The notes under the pieces: model-generated
Seen by the model: the letters and a program-made list of their open reading frames with translations, nothing else
The model's database searches: none
Told to the model about the DNA's origin: nothing
Part shown: piece after piece, positions 10,021 through 21,605 of the stretch
Numbering within the stretch: the first letter of the stretch is position 1
Layout: every line of letters starts with the position of its first letter
NCBI RefSeq assembly: GCF_024223415.1
Contig: NZ_CP100500.1
DNA: 64,000 nt
DNA from: Escherichia coli
GTDB lineage: Bacteria > Pseudomonadota > Gammaproteobacteria > Enterobacterales > Enterobacteriaceae
Reading direction: 5' to 3' (one strand)
Made by a program: the position numbers and the translations under genes

Positions 10021-11373
10021 TTAACGAAACACCACTTCCGCCCAGCGTGCCAGCCCGGCGGTGACGGAGCCAAAGTCATCGCCGCCTGCAATCGGAATTC
10101 CCGGCAACTGTTCTGCCAGCGCTTTTTTAATCAGCGGCGAACGGGCGCTACCGCCGGTCAGGTAGATAACGTCCGGTTTTTCCTGGGCGTTATCCAGGGC
10201 CAGTTGCACCTGTTCCAGAATCCGCGCCAGTGGCTGGCTGAGGGCGCTTTCCAGCCCTTGCTGGCTAATCAGCGTAGCCAGTTCATCGCTGATAAACGGC
10301 AGTGAGGCGCGGGTTTCCGCTACGCTTGAAAGAGCAATTTTGCACTCTTCTGCGCTACGCACCAGGCGATAGCTTAAACGCTGACGCCAGACTTTCTGTA
10401 GCAGGGCCACTTTTTCCGGTTCGCGGGCATCGCGTACCAGATCGTTAAGCAGACGACCGTTGGCACTACTGTAGAAATCACTCTGCGCAGGTACGTCGTT
10501 GATGGCAACCGCATTCCACCACGGCAGAATCGGCAGGGCGATGCCTTTTTCGGTTTCGCCACCCATGCCCAGTAACGGCATCAGGTTTTTAAACGCCAGT
10601 GCGATGTCCAGATCGTTACCGCCAATACGGCAACCACTGTGACCCAGCAGGCTGGCTTCACGATCGAGACGCGAACGCCACTGCGGCCCCATCAGCAGCA
10701 ATGAACAGTCAGTCGTACCACCGCCGATATCCACCACCAGCACCCGTTTTTCTTCCTGCAAGGTGGCTTCGTAATCCAGCCCAGCCGCGACCGGCTCGTA
10801 CTGGAATACCACGTCCCTGAATCCGGCACGCTTCGCCGCGCGTTCCAGAATCCCTTGCGCCTGGGCGTTTGCTTCATCGCCGCCCAGCCCCTGGAAGTTG
10901 ATCGGGCGACCAATCACCGCCTGAGTAATCGCTTCTGGCAGCTGCGCCTGCGCCTGCTGGCGAATGTGCAACATCATTGCGCAGACCAGATCCTCAAACA
11001 GCGCTACCTGCTGCGGTTTTAAGCCGCTGGCACCGAGGAACGATTTTGGTGATTTCACAAACCACACTTCTTCTGGATCATCAATGTACTGTGCCAGTGA
11101 GGAAAGACCGAACTGCACGCTTTTCGCCGTAACATCGATATCTTCTTCGCGGTTATAACGAATCGCCCGACGTAACAGCGCCTGCGTTTCATCGTCGTCT
11201 GCCGGAACATCATGATGGCGGTACAGCCATTCACTTACTGCTTCACGCGTTGGCGCGCAAAGCATTGAAGGCAGCAGCGTGCTGTCGTTTTCCATTTTCA
11301 GTAATTGCGGTTTACCGTCACGCATGACCGCCACTGAACAGTTTGCTGTACCGTAATCAAAACCAATAAACAC
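10021..11373 (-). CDS. yegD: Hsp70/DnaK-like chaperone homolog YegD
   Basis: 450 aa; MFIGFDYGTANCSVA... actin/Hsp70 ATPase fold signatures (DIGGGTTD). Confidence 0.9.
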   Translation of the reverse strand: MFIGFDYGTANCSVAVMRDGKPQLLKMENDSTLLPSMLCAPTREAVSEWLYRHHDVPADDDETQALLRRAIRYNREEDIDVTAKSVQFGLSSLAQYIDDPEEVWFVKSPKSFLGASGLKPQQVALFEDLVCAMMLHIRQQAQAQLPEAITQAVIGRPINFQGLGGDEANAQAQGILERAAKRAGFRDVVFQYEPVAAGLDYEATLQEEKRVLVVDIGGGTTDCSLLLMGPQWRSRLDREASLLGHSGCRIGGNDLDIALAFKNLMPLLGMGGETEKGIALPILPWWNAVAINDVPAQSDFYSSANGRLLNDLVRDAREPEKVALLQKVWRQRLSYRLVRSAEECKIALSSVAETRASLPFISDELATLISQQGLESALSQPLARILEQVQLALDNAQEKPDVIYLTGGSARSPLIKKALAEQLPGIPIAGGDDFGSVTAGLARWAEVVFR

Positions 11374-11506
11374 GAATTAATCCCCATGCCGGTGAAGAAG
11401 GGGCGTGACTTTAGCGAAATGTTGCCGTCGCGACAACCGGAATATGAAAGCAAAGCGTAGCGTCTGAATAACGTTTATGCTGAAAGCGGATGAATAAGGA
11501 GATGCG

Positions 11507-12355
11507 ATGTATACCCTGAACTGGCAGCCGCCGTATGACTGGTCGTGGATGTTGGGATTTCTCGCCGCCCGTGCGGTGAGTGGTGTGGAAACGGTCGCTG
11601 AGGATTATTATGCCCGTAGTCTGGCGGTGGGCGAATATCGCGGCGTGGTGACTGCTATTCCGGATATAGCCCGCCATACTCTGCACATAAATTTAAGTGC
11701 AGGTTTAGAACCCGTTGCCGCTGAGTGTCTGGCGAAAATGAGCCGCCTGTTTGATCTGCAATGTAACCCGCAGATTGTTAACGGTGCGTTGGGCAAGTTA
11801 GGCGCGGCGCGGCCCGGATTGCGTTTACCCGGCTGTATTGATGCTTTTGAGCAGGGTGTGCGGGCGATTTTAGGCCAACTGGTGAGCGTGGCGATGGCGG
11901 CAAAATTGACTGCCAAAGTTGTACAGCTTTATGGCGAACGGCTGGATGATTTTCCGGAGTATATCTGCTTCCCCACGCCTCAGCGGCTGGCAGCAGCCGA
12001 CCCGCAGGCATTAAAAGCGTTAGGCATGCCGTTGAAACGGGCAGAGGCACTGATTCATCTGGCAAATGCGGCGCTGGAGGGCAGCTTACCAATGACAATT
12101 CCGGGCGATGTGGAGCAGGCGATGAAAACGCTGCAAACTTTTCCGGGTATCGGGCGCTGGACGGCGAATTATTTCGCTTTGCGTGGCTGGCAGGCGAAAG
12201 ATGTTTTTCTGCCGGATGATTATCTGATTAAACAGCGATTTCCGGGGATGACACCGGCACAAATCCGCCGTTATGCCGAGCGCTGGAAGCCCTGGCGTTC
12301 TTATGCGCTGTTGCATATCTGGTATACGGAAGGCTGGCAACCAGACGAAGCATGA
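11507..12355 (+). CDS. alkA: 3-methyladenine DNA glycosylase II AlkA
   Basis: 282 aa, MYTLNWQPPYDWSWMLGFLAARAVSGVE...; HhH-GPD glycosylase (FPGIGRWTANYFALRG). Confidence 0.92.
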   Translation: MYTLNWQPPYDWSWMLGFLAARAVSGVETVAEDYYARSLAVGEYRGVVTAIPDIARHTLHINLSAGLEPVAAECLAKMSRLFDLQCNPQIVNGALGKLGAARPGLRLPGCIDAFEQGVRAILGQLVSVAMAAKLTAKVVQLYGERLDDFPEYICFPTPQRLAAADPQALKALGMPLKRAEALIHLANAALEGSLPMTIPGDVEQAMKTLQTFPGIGRWTANYFALRGWQAKDVFLPDDYLIKQRFPGMTPAQIRRYAERWKPWRSYALLHIWYTEGWQPDEA

Positions 12356-12363
12356 CGTTGGTC

Positions 12364-12452
12364 GCCGGATGCGGTGCGAGCGCCTTATCCGGCCTGGGGA
12401 ATGAGCGATTTGTAGGCATGATAAGACGCGTTAGCGTCGCATCAGGCGATGG
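12364..12452. repeat. REP/BIME palindromic repeats between convergent alkA and dgcE
   Basis: gccggatgcggtgcgagcgccttatccggcc and gtaggcatgataagacgcgttagcgtcgcatcaggcg match the REP consensus. Confidence 0.6.
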
Positions 12453-12463
12453 GGAAGCACGCC

Positions 12464-15400
12464 TCAGTTAATCGCGAAATAACTACTATTCACCAGCAAA
12501 TCCAGCGGTTGGGCATCGGCAATCACCTCACCATAAATCAGATCGACGCCGATGCCAGAAAGCGTATCCATCACTAAGGGTAAAACGACTGGCCCGGCGA
12601 TGGTTTTCATCCCGAGTCGCTGAGCGTGCCCCTGAATAATCGTAATCAGCATCTCATCCATCAAATTACCCTGCACGTTGGCGCATAACTCACCATCAAG
12701 TAGCAGGTAATCTGCCATATTCGCTTTCAGCGAGTTGAAGATTTGCAGATCGCGGCCCACCTGGCTGAGCACTATCCGACATCCCGCCAGCCGCAGTTTT
12801 TGCACGCTTTCTGCGTGATCTAAAATCGCTTCAGCCGGAATAATCAGATGTAATAACCGTGGTGGTAGAGGGCTATTTTCCAGCTGCTCAAGCAGATCAT
12901 TCACCAGCGTGGCGCTACTCAAACCGGCAACGGAAAGGGGGAGGGAGATGCTTATGCCTTTACTGGCAACCGCTTTTGCGGCCTGCTGGAAAAATTCGTG
13001 GAATACCCGGCGGTCAAGAGCATGGCTAAGCGCCGGATCGCTGAAGCTACGACGAAATGTTTGTTCATCAATAATCTCGCCTTCGCAACTCCAGAGCTTA
13101 AGTGAAATCAGCCACAAATTACGCGCTTCCGGGATCCGTGGCGAAGCGACACCGTGGGCGAGCATCATCAACTGATTCTCTTTAATCATCCGCCACTGTT
13201 CATCAAGCGACATCGCCGCCCGTTCGCTATGTGCGGCAGCTTGCTGCGGTTCGTAAACCGTCACCCGGCCCCGGCCACCATTTTTGGAGGCATAACAGGC
13301 GATATCAGCCTGCGACATCACTTCTGCCGCCTGATGATTGTTGTCATCAATCAAGGTAATCCCGGCACTGGCACCTACCCGATGCACACGGCCTTCCCAT
13401 ATAAAGTGATAGTCATTCACGGCACTGATAATGCGTGTAGCGATAAAACGCGCGCTTTCAACATTACAGTCTGGTAGCAGCAGACCAAATTCATCCCCAC
13501 CGAGTCGCGCCAGCACGTCGCTGGAACGCAGCATACTCAGCATTAACGACGCCAGTTCGCGCAGCAAAGCGTCACCCGCCGCATGCCCGGCGCTGTCATT
13601 CACCGCTTTAAAGCGATCAAGATCGATAAACACCAGGGCATGTCGCTGATGTGTACTGTTTACCGTTTGCAGCAGGATACGCAGTTGTTTCTCAAAACTG
13701 GCGCGGTTGGCGAGATGCGTCAGTGCATCATGGGAGGCGCTGTAGCTCAGCTGGCGCAGCATTTTGCGTGATTCGGTAACGTCCTGAATCACCAGAACCG
13801 AACCAATATTGCTGCCGTCCAGAGTACTTAACGGCGTAATACAGTAATGCACGTCGTAACTGCCGCCGCTCCGACAGTGCAACACCACATCTTGCTCGAT
13901 CGCGGAACGTGAGGTGTCGGCACTGTAAATGTTCTCCATTAATGGTCCGTTGTCGCCAAAAGTAATATGCAACACCGTCAGGAGCGGAACACCTAACGCT
14001 TCTTCCTGCGTCCAGCCGCTCATCTTCTCCGCCACTGGATTCATAAAGGTAATTTTCATCGCCATATCAATACAGACCACGGCTTCACCGATGGAATCAA
14101 GCGTAATGTGCAGGCGCTCTTTTTCCTGAAACAATGCCTCGTTAAGCTGTTTAACCTCAGTCATATCCATATTAATGCCGAGCAGGCGTTCGACTTCGCC
14201 TTCTTTATTCAGTACCCGGTTGGCGAGGGCGCGGATATGGCGGATGCCATCTTTCACGGCAATGCGAAATTCCAGCTTAAAGGGCGAGCGTGATTGCAAC
14301 GAATCACGAATCACTTTTTCGGCGTGTTGGCGATCTTCCGGCAATACACACTCGTACCACACCTGCCAGTTCGGTTTGATATGCGGAGGAATTTCATACA
14401 GCTCGAACATCCGCTTATCCCAGCTAAAAATATTCGGCTTCAACTCCCACTCCCAGATGCCAATCCCGCCCGCTTCGTTAGCCAGCGTGATGCGCTCCAT
14501 CAGTTGCTGATTGACCTGTTCGGTGCGTTTTAGCTCGTTAATGTCTTCAATCTGAGCGATAAAATAGAGCGGCGTGCCATCCGTGTGGCGCACCAGTGAG
14601 ACGGCAAGCAACGCCCAGACAACATCGCCATTGCGGTTGTAGTAGCGTTTTTCCATTGAATAGGTGTTTATTTCACCGCTTATCAGCTTTTCAACCTGTT
14701 GGAGATCTTTATTGAGATCCTCCGGCCAGGTCAGTTGCTGAAAGGTGAGTCCGCGCAGCTCTTCCTGACTGTACCCGAGAAACTGGCAGAGCGCTTTGTT
14801 GGTTTGCAGCCATTGTCCCTCGGTGCCCACTAACGCCATACCGATAGCGGAATATTCCATCGCGTTCCGAAAGTGGGTTTCGCTTTCGGAAATGTGTTTG
14901 CGTTCCGCACGAAAGGCATACATCACCATGGTCATGATGTTGGCGGGCAGCAGGATCAGCAAAAACGGTAGCCACGGCATATGGCTCATCAGGTACGTAC
15001 GCGGCGTAGCAAGCAGGGAGGGATCCGCGGCCATCATCAGCGACACCATCATCACCGTGGTAAGGAAGATCAAAAAGGCTTCCATTCGTGGCAGACGCAC
15101 GGCGCTCCACATCAACAGCACAATAATGAAAGTAAAAGGCCACGGCAGATACAGCATCGAAAGCCAGCTTAACGTCAGTGTGATGGCTAACGTGAGCAGC
15201 GACTCAAAAAGCAACCGTGGGTTGCGATGGCGCAGCAGATAGTGTGGTTTAAATAACAATCCCAGCGGCACCAGTGCCAGAGCGCCGATGGATTCTGACA
15301 GTACCCATATCAAAAATGCCCTGAGAGGATCGTCTCCGGGCGTCAGCAGGACAACCAGAACACCCCCCAACAGAGGCGGAACAATGGCGCTGCCGAGTGC

Positions 15401-15781
15401 CAGACGCAGCCAGTCAGCCAGATTTTGCAAGGGGTTATACCACGGCAGCAATTTACGTAGCAGCACTGCCCCGACCACGGCTTCAACAATATTGATGGTC
15501 GTCCAGGTCATGTTCAGCGAGCTGGTGGAAAAAAGCAGGATGGATGCGGCGATATTTCCCAGCGAACAGCTCAGCGCAATTCCCGGCCACATGCGCCCGG
15601 CATGGCGATAAAACGCCACCATCATGATGGACGTCGGGAACCACAGTGGGGCGAGTTGGGTGCCAAACTGCGAAAGCTCAAGCGAGAAAAGGGTAAAGAT
15701 AAACGAGACTAAACCTAAACTGACCAGGTGAAGCAGCGGGTGGGGCAGGGCAATTAATACATGCTGTGATTGTTTGCTCAT
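12464..15781 (-). CDS. dgcE: Membrane-anchored diguanylate cyclase/phosphodiesterase DgcE (YegE; MASE1-PAS-GGDEF-EAL)
   Basis: 1105 aa; N-terminal multi-TM region, PAS-like segments, GGDEF motif (ARLGGDEFGLLL) and a C-terminal EAL-like domain. Confidence 0.92.
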   Translation of the reverse strand: MSKQSQHVLIALPHPLLHLVSLGLVSFIFTLFSLELSQFGTQLAPLWFPTSIMMVAFYRHAGRMWPGIALSCSLGNIAASILLFSTSSLNMTWTTINIVEAVVGAVLLRKLLPWYNPLQNLADWLRLALGSAIVPPLLGGVLVVLLTPGDDPLRAFLIWVLSESIGALALVPLGLLFKPHYLLRHRNPRLLFESLLTLAITLTLSWLSMLYLPWPFTFIIVLLMWSAVRLPRMEAFLIFLTTVMMVSLMMAADPSLLATPRTYLMSHMPWLPFLLILLPANIMTMVMYAFRAERKHISESETHFRNAMEYSAIGMALVGTEGQWLQTNKALCQFLGYSQEELRGLTFQQLTWPEDLNKDLQQVEKLISGEINTYSMEKRYYNRNGDVVWALLAVSLVRHTDGTPLYFIAQIEDINELKRTEQVNQQLMERITLANEAGGIGIWEWELKPNIFSWDKRMFELYEIPPHIKPNWQVWYECVLPEDRQHAEKVIRDSLQSRSPFKLEFRIAVKDGIRHIRALANRVLNKEGEVERLLGINMDMTEVKQLNEALFQEKERLHITLDSIGEAVVCIDMAMKITFMNPVAEKMSGWTQEEALGVPLLTVLHITFGDNGPLMENIYSADTSRSAIEQDVVLHCRSGGSYDVHYCITPLSTLDGSNIGSVLVIQDVTESRKMLRQLSYSASHDALTHLANRASFEKQLRILLQTVNSTHQRHALVFIDLDRFKAVNDSAGHAAGDALLRELASLMLSMLRSSDVLARLGGDEFGLLLPDCNVESARFIATRIISAVNDYHFIWEGRVHRVGASAGITLIDDNNHQAAEVMSQADIACYASKNGGRGRVTVYEPQQAAAHSERAAMSLDEQWRMIKENQLMMLAHGVASPRIPEARNLWLISLKLWSCEGEIIDEQTFRRSFSDPALSHALDRRVFHEFFQQAAKAVASKGISISLPLSVAGLSSATLVNDLLEQLENSPLPPRLLHLIIPAEAILDHAESVQKLRLAGCRIVLSQVGRDLQIFNSLKANMADYLLLDGELCANVQGNLMDEMLITIIQGHAQRLGMKTIAGPVVLPLVMDTLSGIGVDLIYGEVIADAQPLDLLVNSSYFAIN

Positions 15782-16098
15782 TACCGCTTTATCCGCAAGA
15801 CCTGGTCGCCAGTATTCGTTTCTGTGTTTATGCTAGTACAAAAGTTTTACATTTTATATGCGAATTGCTCATAAAGTGACGTAAAGGCGGATAATTTGCG
15901 CAACTGCGTATAACATTTTTTACCTTACATAAAACTGATCAACGTAATTTGCCCCCGGGAATTCTTTGTCAACAATTAACTCTGAGCGCGCGGCAACGCT
16001 ATTCGACTGGTATCAGACGGATGAAATCCCTATAATTGCCGCGTTTGGCGCTTCGTCGCCCCCTTCCTAACATCCAGGTTAATCAGGTCGCTAAATAT

Positions 16099-16740
16099 AT
16101 GACTGATCAGTCTCATCAGTGCGTCATTATCGGTATCGCTGGCGCATCGGCTTCCGGCAAGAGTCTTATTGCCAGTACCCTTTATCGTGAATTGCGTGAG
16201 CAAGTCGGTGATGAACACATCGGCGTAATTCCCGAAGACTGCTATTACAAAGATCAAAGCCATCTGTCGATGGAAGAACGCGTTAAGACCAACTACGACC
16301 ATCCCAGCGCGATGGATCACAGTCTGCTGCTTGAGCATTTACAAGCGTTGAAACGCGGCTCGGCAATTGACCTGCCGGTTTACAGCTATGTTGAACATAC
16401 GCGTATGAAAGAAACGGTGACGGTTGAGCCGAAGAAGGTCATCATTCTCGAAGGCATTTTGTTGCTGACGGATGCGCGTTTGCGTGACGAACTTAACTTC
16501 TCCATTTTCGTTGATACCCCGCTGGATATCTGCCTGATGCGCCGCATCAAGCGTGACGTTAACGAGCGTGGGCGTTCAATGGATTCAGTGATGGCGCAAT
16601 ATCAAAAAACCGTGCGCCCGATGTTCCTGCAATTCATTGAGCCTTCTAAACAATATGCGGACATTATCGTGCCGCGCGGCGGGAAAAACCGCATCGCGAT
16701 CGATATATTGAAAGCGAAAATAAGTCAGTTCTTTGAATAA
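16099..16740 (+). CDS. udk: Uridine/cytidine kinase
   Basis: ORF track 16036..16740; start trimmed to [23 protein letters not shown] (P-loop), 213 aa. Confidence 0.93.
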
Positions 16741-16831
16741 GCTTGATAAATTGTGTACCGTTCAGTGATAACCTGGTATGCCCTTGACGTAATTGGCGTT
16801 AAGGGAGTGATGCGCGAAAGGAGAAAATGCC

Positions 16832-17413
16832 ATGCGTCTGTGTGACCGAGATATTGAAGCCTGGCTTGATGAAGGCCGTTTGTCGATCAACCCACGTCCG
16901 CCAGTGGAGCGTATTAACGGCGCGACGGTGGATGTACGCCTGGGCAATAAATTTCGTACCTTCCGTGGTCACACGGCAGCGTTTATCGATCTGAGCGGTC
17001 CCAAAGATGAAGTGAGCGCCGCGCTTGACCGCGTGATGAGCGATGAGATCGTTCTCGACGAGGGCGAGGCGTTCTATCTTCACCCAGGAGAGCTGGCGCT
17101 GGCGGTGACGCTGGAGTCGGTGACGCTGCCAGCCGATCTGGTGGGCTGGCTGGACGGGCGTTCCTCACTGGCGCGTCTGGGGCTGATGGTGCACGTCACC
17201 GCGCACCGCATCGATCCGGGCTGGTCTGGTTGCATTGTGCTGGAGTTCTACAACTCCGGTAAGCTGCCGCTGGCGCTGCGTCCGGGCATGTTAATTGGTG
17301 CGCTGAGCTTTGAGCCGCTTTCCGGCCCGGCGGCGCGACCTTACAACCGCCGTGAAGATGCGAAATATCGCAACCAGCAGGGCGCGGTAGCCAGCCGAAT
17401 CGATAAAGACTAA
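16832..17413 (+). CDS. dcd: dCTP deaminase
   Basis: 193 aa, [23 protein letters not shown]... Confidence 0.95.
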
Positions 17414-17434
17414 TTCAGGCCCATTGAGGATACC

Positions 17435-19288
17435 ATGAGACGATTTCTGACGACGCTGATGATACTCCTGGTCGTGCTGGTGGCCGGGTTATCTGCGTTA
17501 GTGTTGCTGGTGAATCCGAATGATTTCCGCGACTATATGGTCAAGCAAGTTGCTGCACGTAGCGGTTATCAATTGCAGCTCGACGGGCCACTGCGTTGGC
17601 ACGTCTGGCCGCAGCTTAGTATCCTCTCCGGGCGAATGTCTCTCACCGCCCAGGGCGCAAGCCAGCCACTGGTTCGCGCCGACAACATGCGTCTGGACGT
17701 GGCGCTTTTACCACTACTGAGTCATCAACTGAGCGTTAAGCAGGTGATGCTAAAAGGGGCAGTGATCCAACTGACGCCGCAGACGGAAGCGGTGCGCAGT
17801 GAAGACGCTCCGGTTGCACCGCGCGACAATACCTTGCCGGATCTGTCAGACGATCGCGGATGGTCGTTTGATATATCCAGTCTTAAGGTGGCGGACAGCG
17901 TTCTGGTGTTCCAGCATGAAGATGACGAGCAGGTGACAATCCGCAATATCCGCCTGCAAATGGAACAAGATCCCCAACATCGTGGCTCATTTGAGTTTTC
18001 TGGGCGGGTTAATCGCGATCAGCGCGATCTCACGATATCCCTTAACGGTACGGTAGATGCTTCTGATTATCCGCATGATTTAACGGCGGCTATTGAACAA
18101 ATTAACTGGCAGTTGCAGGGTGCCGATTTACCAAAACAAGGTATTCAGGGGCAGGGGAGTTTCCAGGCCCAGTGGCAGGAGTCACATAAACGCCTTTCAT
18201 TTAACCAAATCAGCTTGACCGCCAATGACAGTACGCTGAGCGGGCAAGCACAGGTTACGCTGACAGAGAAACCGGAATGGCAGCTGAGGCTGCAATTCCC
18301 GCAACTGAATCTTGACAACCTCATCCCGCTTAATGAAACAGCGAATGGTGAAAACGGTGCCGCGCAGCAGGGGCAGAGCCAATCAACGTTGCCGCGCCCG
18401 GTTATTTCTTCGCGTATTGATGAACCGGCCTATCAGGGACTGCAAGGCTTTACGGCTGATATTTTGTTGCAGGTCAGTAACGTGCGCTGGCGCGGAATGA
18501 ATTTTACAGATGTTGCCACGCAAATGACCAACAAGTCGGGTTTGCTGGAAATTACTCAACTGCAGGGCAAGCTTAACGGTGGACAGGTTTCACTGCCGGG
18601 CACGCTGGACGCGACATCAATAAATCCGCGGATAAACTTCCAGCCACGGCTGGAAAACGTTGAGATTGGTACCATTCTGAAGGCGTTTAACTATCCGATT
18701 TCGTTGACCGGAAAAATGTCACTGGCTGGTGATTTCTCCGGTGCTGACATAGATGCCGACGCATTCCGCCACAACTGGCAAGGACAGGCACATGTCGAAA
18801 TGACCGACACGCGCATGGAAGGGATGAACTTCCAGCAGATGATTCAGCAAGCGGTAGAGCGTAATGGCGGTGATGTGAAGGCCGCTGAAAACTTTGATAA
18901 CGTGACGCGGCTTGACCGCTTTACCACCGATTTGACGTTGAAGGATGGCGTCGTGACGTTAAACGACATGCAAGGTCAATCGCCTGTGCTGGCGCTGACA
19001 GGGGAAGGCATGTTGAATCTGGCAGATCAAACCTGCGACACCCAGTTTGATATTCGGGTCGTGGGTGGCTGGAACGGGGAAAGCAAACTGATTGATTTCC
19101 TGAAAGAAACGCCAGTACCGCTGCGGGTTTATGGCAACTGGCAGCAACTCAATTACAGCCTGCAAGTGGATCAGTTACTGCGCAAACATCTACAGGACGA
19201 AGCGAAACGTCGCCTGAATGACTGGGCCGAGCGGAATAAAGATTCCCGTAATGGCAAAGATGTGAAGAAGTTGCTTGAGAAGATGTAG
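17435..19288 (+). CDS. asmA: Outer membrane assembly protein AsmA
   Basis: 617 aa; N-terminal TM anchor MRRFLTTLMILLVVLVAGLSALVLLV then a large periplasmic domain. Confidence 0.9.
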   Translation: MRRFLTTLMILLVVLVAGLSALVLLVNPNDFRDYMVKQVAARSGYQLQLDGPLRWHVWPQLSILSGRMSLTAQGASQPLVRADNMRLDVALLPLLSHQLSVKQVMLKGAVIQLTPQTEAVRSEDAPVAPRDNTLPDLSDDRGWSFDISSLKVADSVLVFQHEDDEQVTIRNIRLQMEQDPQHRGSFEFSGRVNRDQRDLTISLNGTVDASDYPHDLTAAIEQINWQLQGADLPKQGIQGQGSFQAQWQESHKRLSFNQISLTANDSTLSGQAQVTLTEKPEWQLRLQFPQLNLDNLIPLNETANGENGAAQQGQSQSTLPRPVISSRIDEPAYQGLQGFTADILLQVSNVRWRGMNFTDVATQMTNKSGLLEITQLQGKLNGGQVSLPGTLDATSINPRINFQPRLENVEIGTILKAFNYPISLTGKMSLAGDFSGADIDADAFRHNWQGQAHVEMTDTRMEGMNFQQMIQQAVERNGGDVKAAENFDNVTRLDRFTTDLTLKDGVVTLNDMQGQSPVLALTGEGMLNLADQTCDTQFDIRVVGGWNGESKLIDFLKETPVPLRVYGNWQQLNYSLQVDQLLRKHLQDEAKRRLNDWAERNKDSRNGKDVKKLLEKM

Positions 19289-19306
19289 GTTACCAGGTGA
19301 CCAGTC

Positions 19307-19346
19307 CTGTAGGCCTGATAAGACACGTAAAGCGTCGCATCAGGCG
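19307..19346. repeat. REP element downstream of asmA
   Basis: ctgtaggcctgataagacacgtaaagcgtcgcatcaggcg. Confidence 0.55.
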
Positions 19347-19580
19347 TTCGTGGCGGCATCATTATATTCTGAATATGTAAGATCGAAGGCTGTGCCGTTC
19401 ACTTGATGTTCCTCGTTACTATGGAACGCTCAAGCCGGTGAACGTGCCAGGGTGGCTCAATCGCCACCACCCTGGCAACCCGGGCCCACACCCCCGCTGT
19501 GATGTCCATGTACCACAGACAACGCTTCATTGCTGAAGTTATAAGGCGTTACGCAGCATCGGGTAAAATGACCGATACCA

Positions 19581-21164
19581 TCACACCTCGTACTCCATCT
19601 CGCCATCCTTACGCAGCGGTATAATCTGCACCTTCTGCACGCGATGGCTTTCTACCTGCAACGTTTTAAGCAAATAATCCCCCACCTGAACTTCTTCGCC
19701 AGGTTTTGGAATACGCTGCAAATACTCCATCAACAGCCCGGCAATGGTGTGATATTCACGTTTTTCATCCAGCGGCAGCGGCACATATTGCACCAGATCC
19801 TCCAGCGGCATATGACCATTCGCCGTCCAGGAACCGTCCGCATTCTTCTGAATATCATGGCGGGCGTCGATCTCTTCCACTTCGTTCGGTAAGTTACCGG
19901 CAATGGTTTCAGTGACGTCACTTAATGTCACAATCCCTTCCACCGAGCCAAACTCATCCACCACAAAAGCAAAGTGCGTGCGGGCATTACGGAACTGCTC
20001 CAGGGCAGGTAACAACGGCAAGGTTTCCGGGAACACCAGCGGCTGGCGAATCAACACCCGCAGGTTGAGCGGTTCGCCGCGCAGAGACTGTTGTAGCAGG
20101 TCGATAACGTGAACAACACCGAGCAAATCTTCTGCGTCATCACCGTCGGTAACCACCAGCCGCGTATGCTGATTTCGCTCCAGCAACTGGCGGATCTCGT
20201 CTTCCGGCGCGTTGAGATCGATATGCTCAATATCGTGGCGCGACGTCATAATGCTGCTGACGGTACGCTGGTTAAGATTTAGTACCCGCTCAATCATCCG
20301 CCGTTCCTGCGGATTAAAGATCTGCTGGTTACCATGATCCACCAGCATGGACGCGGTTTCGGCGTCCAGTTCCGCATCTTCTTTTTGCCCGCTAAGCAGG
20401 CGCATTACCGCTTCGGTAGTCCGCTGGCGCAGCGTCTGGTTAGCGGAAAGAAAACGTCGCCGGTTAAAGATAGCCAACTGATTGAGCGCCTCGATCATCA
20501 CCGAGAAACCAATGGCAGCGTACAGGTAGCCTTTCGGAATGACGAAGCCGAAACCTTCTGCCACCAGGCTAAAGCCAATCATCAACAGGAAGCTTAAGCA
20601 GAGAATAACGATCGTCGGGTGACTGTTAACAAATTGCGTTAACGGCTTGCTGGCCATCAACATCAGGCTGATAGCGATAACCACGGCGGCCATCATGACC
20701 AGTAAATGGTCGACCATCCCGACGGCGGTAATCACTGAGTCGAGTGAGAAAATGGCGTCCAGTACCACAATTTGCGTCACCACGCCCCAGAACTTCGCAC
20801 CTTTGCGTTGTGTGGGATTATTGCTGTCTTTCCCTTCCAGCCGTTCGTTCAGCTCCATCGTGGCTTTGAACAACAGGAAGAAACCACCAAACAGCATGAT
20901 TAAGTCGCGGGCGCTAAAGGTAAACGAGCGGAAGCTGAACAGCGGTTGAGTCAGGGTGACCAGCCAGGAGATTGACGCCAGCAGTAACAGGCGCATTAAC
21001 ATTGCCAGCAGCAGCCCGGTAACCCGTGCGCGGTCACGCTGCTTCGGCGGTAGTTTTTCGGCGAGGATGGCAATAAAGACCAGGTTATCAATGCCGAGGA
21101 CCAGTTCGATCACAATCAGCGTGATTAACCCGGCCCAGATAGACGGATCGGCAATCCATTCCAT
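19581..21164 (-). CDS. yegH: TerC-family membrane protein with CBS and CorC/HlyC domains (YegH)
   Basis: ORF track 19581..21230 uses a TTG; trimmed to the ATG at 21164 giving [16 protein letters not shown]... (527 aa). Confidence 0.88.
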   Translation of the reverse strand: MEWIADPSIWAGLITLIVIELVLGIDNLVFIAILAEKLPPKQRDRARVTGLLLAMLMRLLLLASISWLVTLTQPLFSFRSFTFSARDLIMLFGGFFLLFKATMELNERLEGKDSNNPTQRKGAKFWGVVTQIVVLDAIFSLDSVITAVGMVDHLLVMMAAVVIAISLMLMASKPLTQFVNSHPTIVILCLSFLLMIGFSLVAEGFGFVIPKGYLYAAIGFSVMIEALNQLAIFNRRRFLSANQTLRQRTTEAVMRLLSGQKEDAELDAETASMLVDHGNQQIFNPQERRMIERVLNLNQRTVSSIMTSRHDIEHIDLNAPEDEIRQLLERNQHTRLVVTDGDDAEDLLGVVHVIDLLQQSLRGEPLNLRVLIRQPLVFPETLPLLPALEQFRNARTHFAFVVDEFGSVEGIVTLSDVTETIAGNLPNEVEEIDARHDIQKNADGSWTANGHMPLEDLVQYVPLPLDEKREYHTIAGLLMEYLQRIPKPGEEVQVGDYLLKTLQVESHRVQKVQIIPLRKDGEMEYEV

Positions 21165-21325
21165 AGTAAGTACAAAACCTATTCGTTGTATGACAAATGT
21201 CACAATTCGATCATGGATAAATCGGGGCAAAAATGCAATGTTGCAGCACTATTTATCTCATATTATTTGAGGGTAATAACCTCACATTATCCCTGAATTA
21301 AAAGTGGTAATAATAAAACATTATT

Positions 21326-21339
21326 TAAGAAATATCGCA
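21326..21339 (+). promoter_or_regulatory. Candidate RcsAB box upstream of wza
   Basis: taagaaatatcgca resembles the RcsAB consensus TaAGaatatTCctA, at a plausible distance upstream of the cps promoter; partial match only. Confidence 0.35.
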
Positions 21340-21605
21340 TGTGGAGGCGCAATATTAAATATTGTCAACCTAAAGAAACTCCTAAAAACCATATTGAATG
21401 ACACTTAATATAATTCTTAAAAATAGCCAATTGCCGAATTGTTACCTTGCCTGCTATTCCGTTAGCTGTAACACTTCCTCCTGCATTATTGGAGAGCCAA
21501 TATTCAATTACCATAATGTCACCTTATATTCGGAAGTTAATTTCCGCAATAACCCTTTCTCATCAACGATTGTATGCAGAGAGGGTTTGAAAAATTAAGC
21601 TAAAT

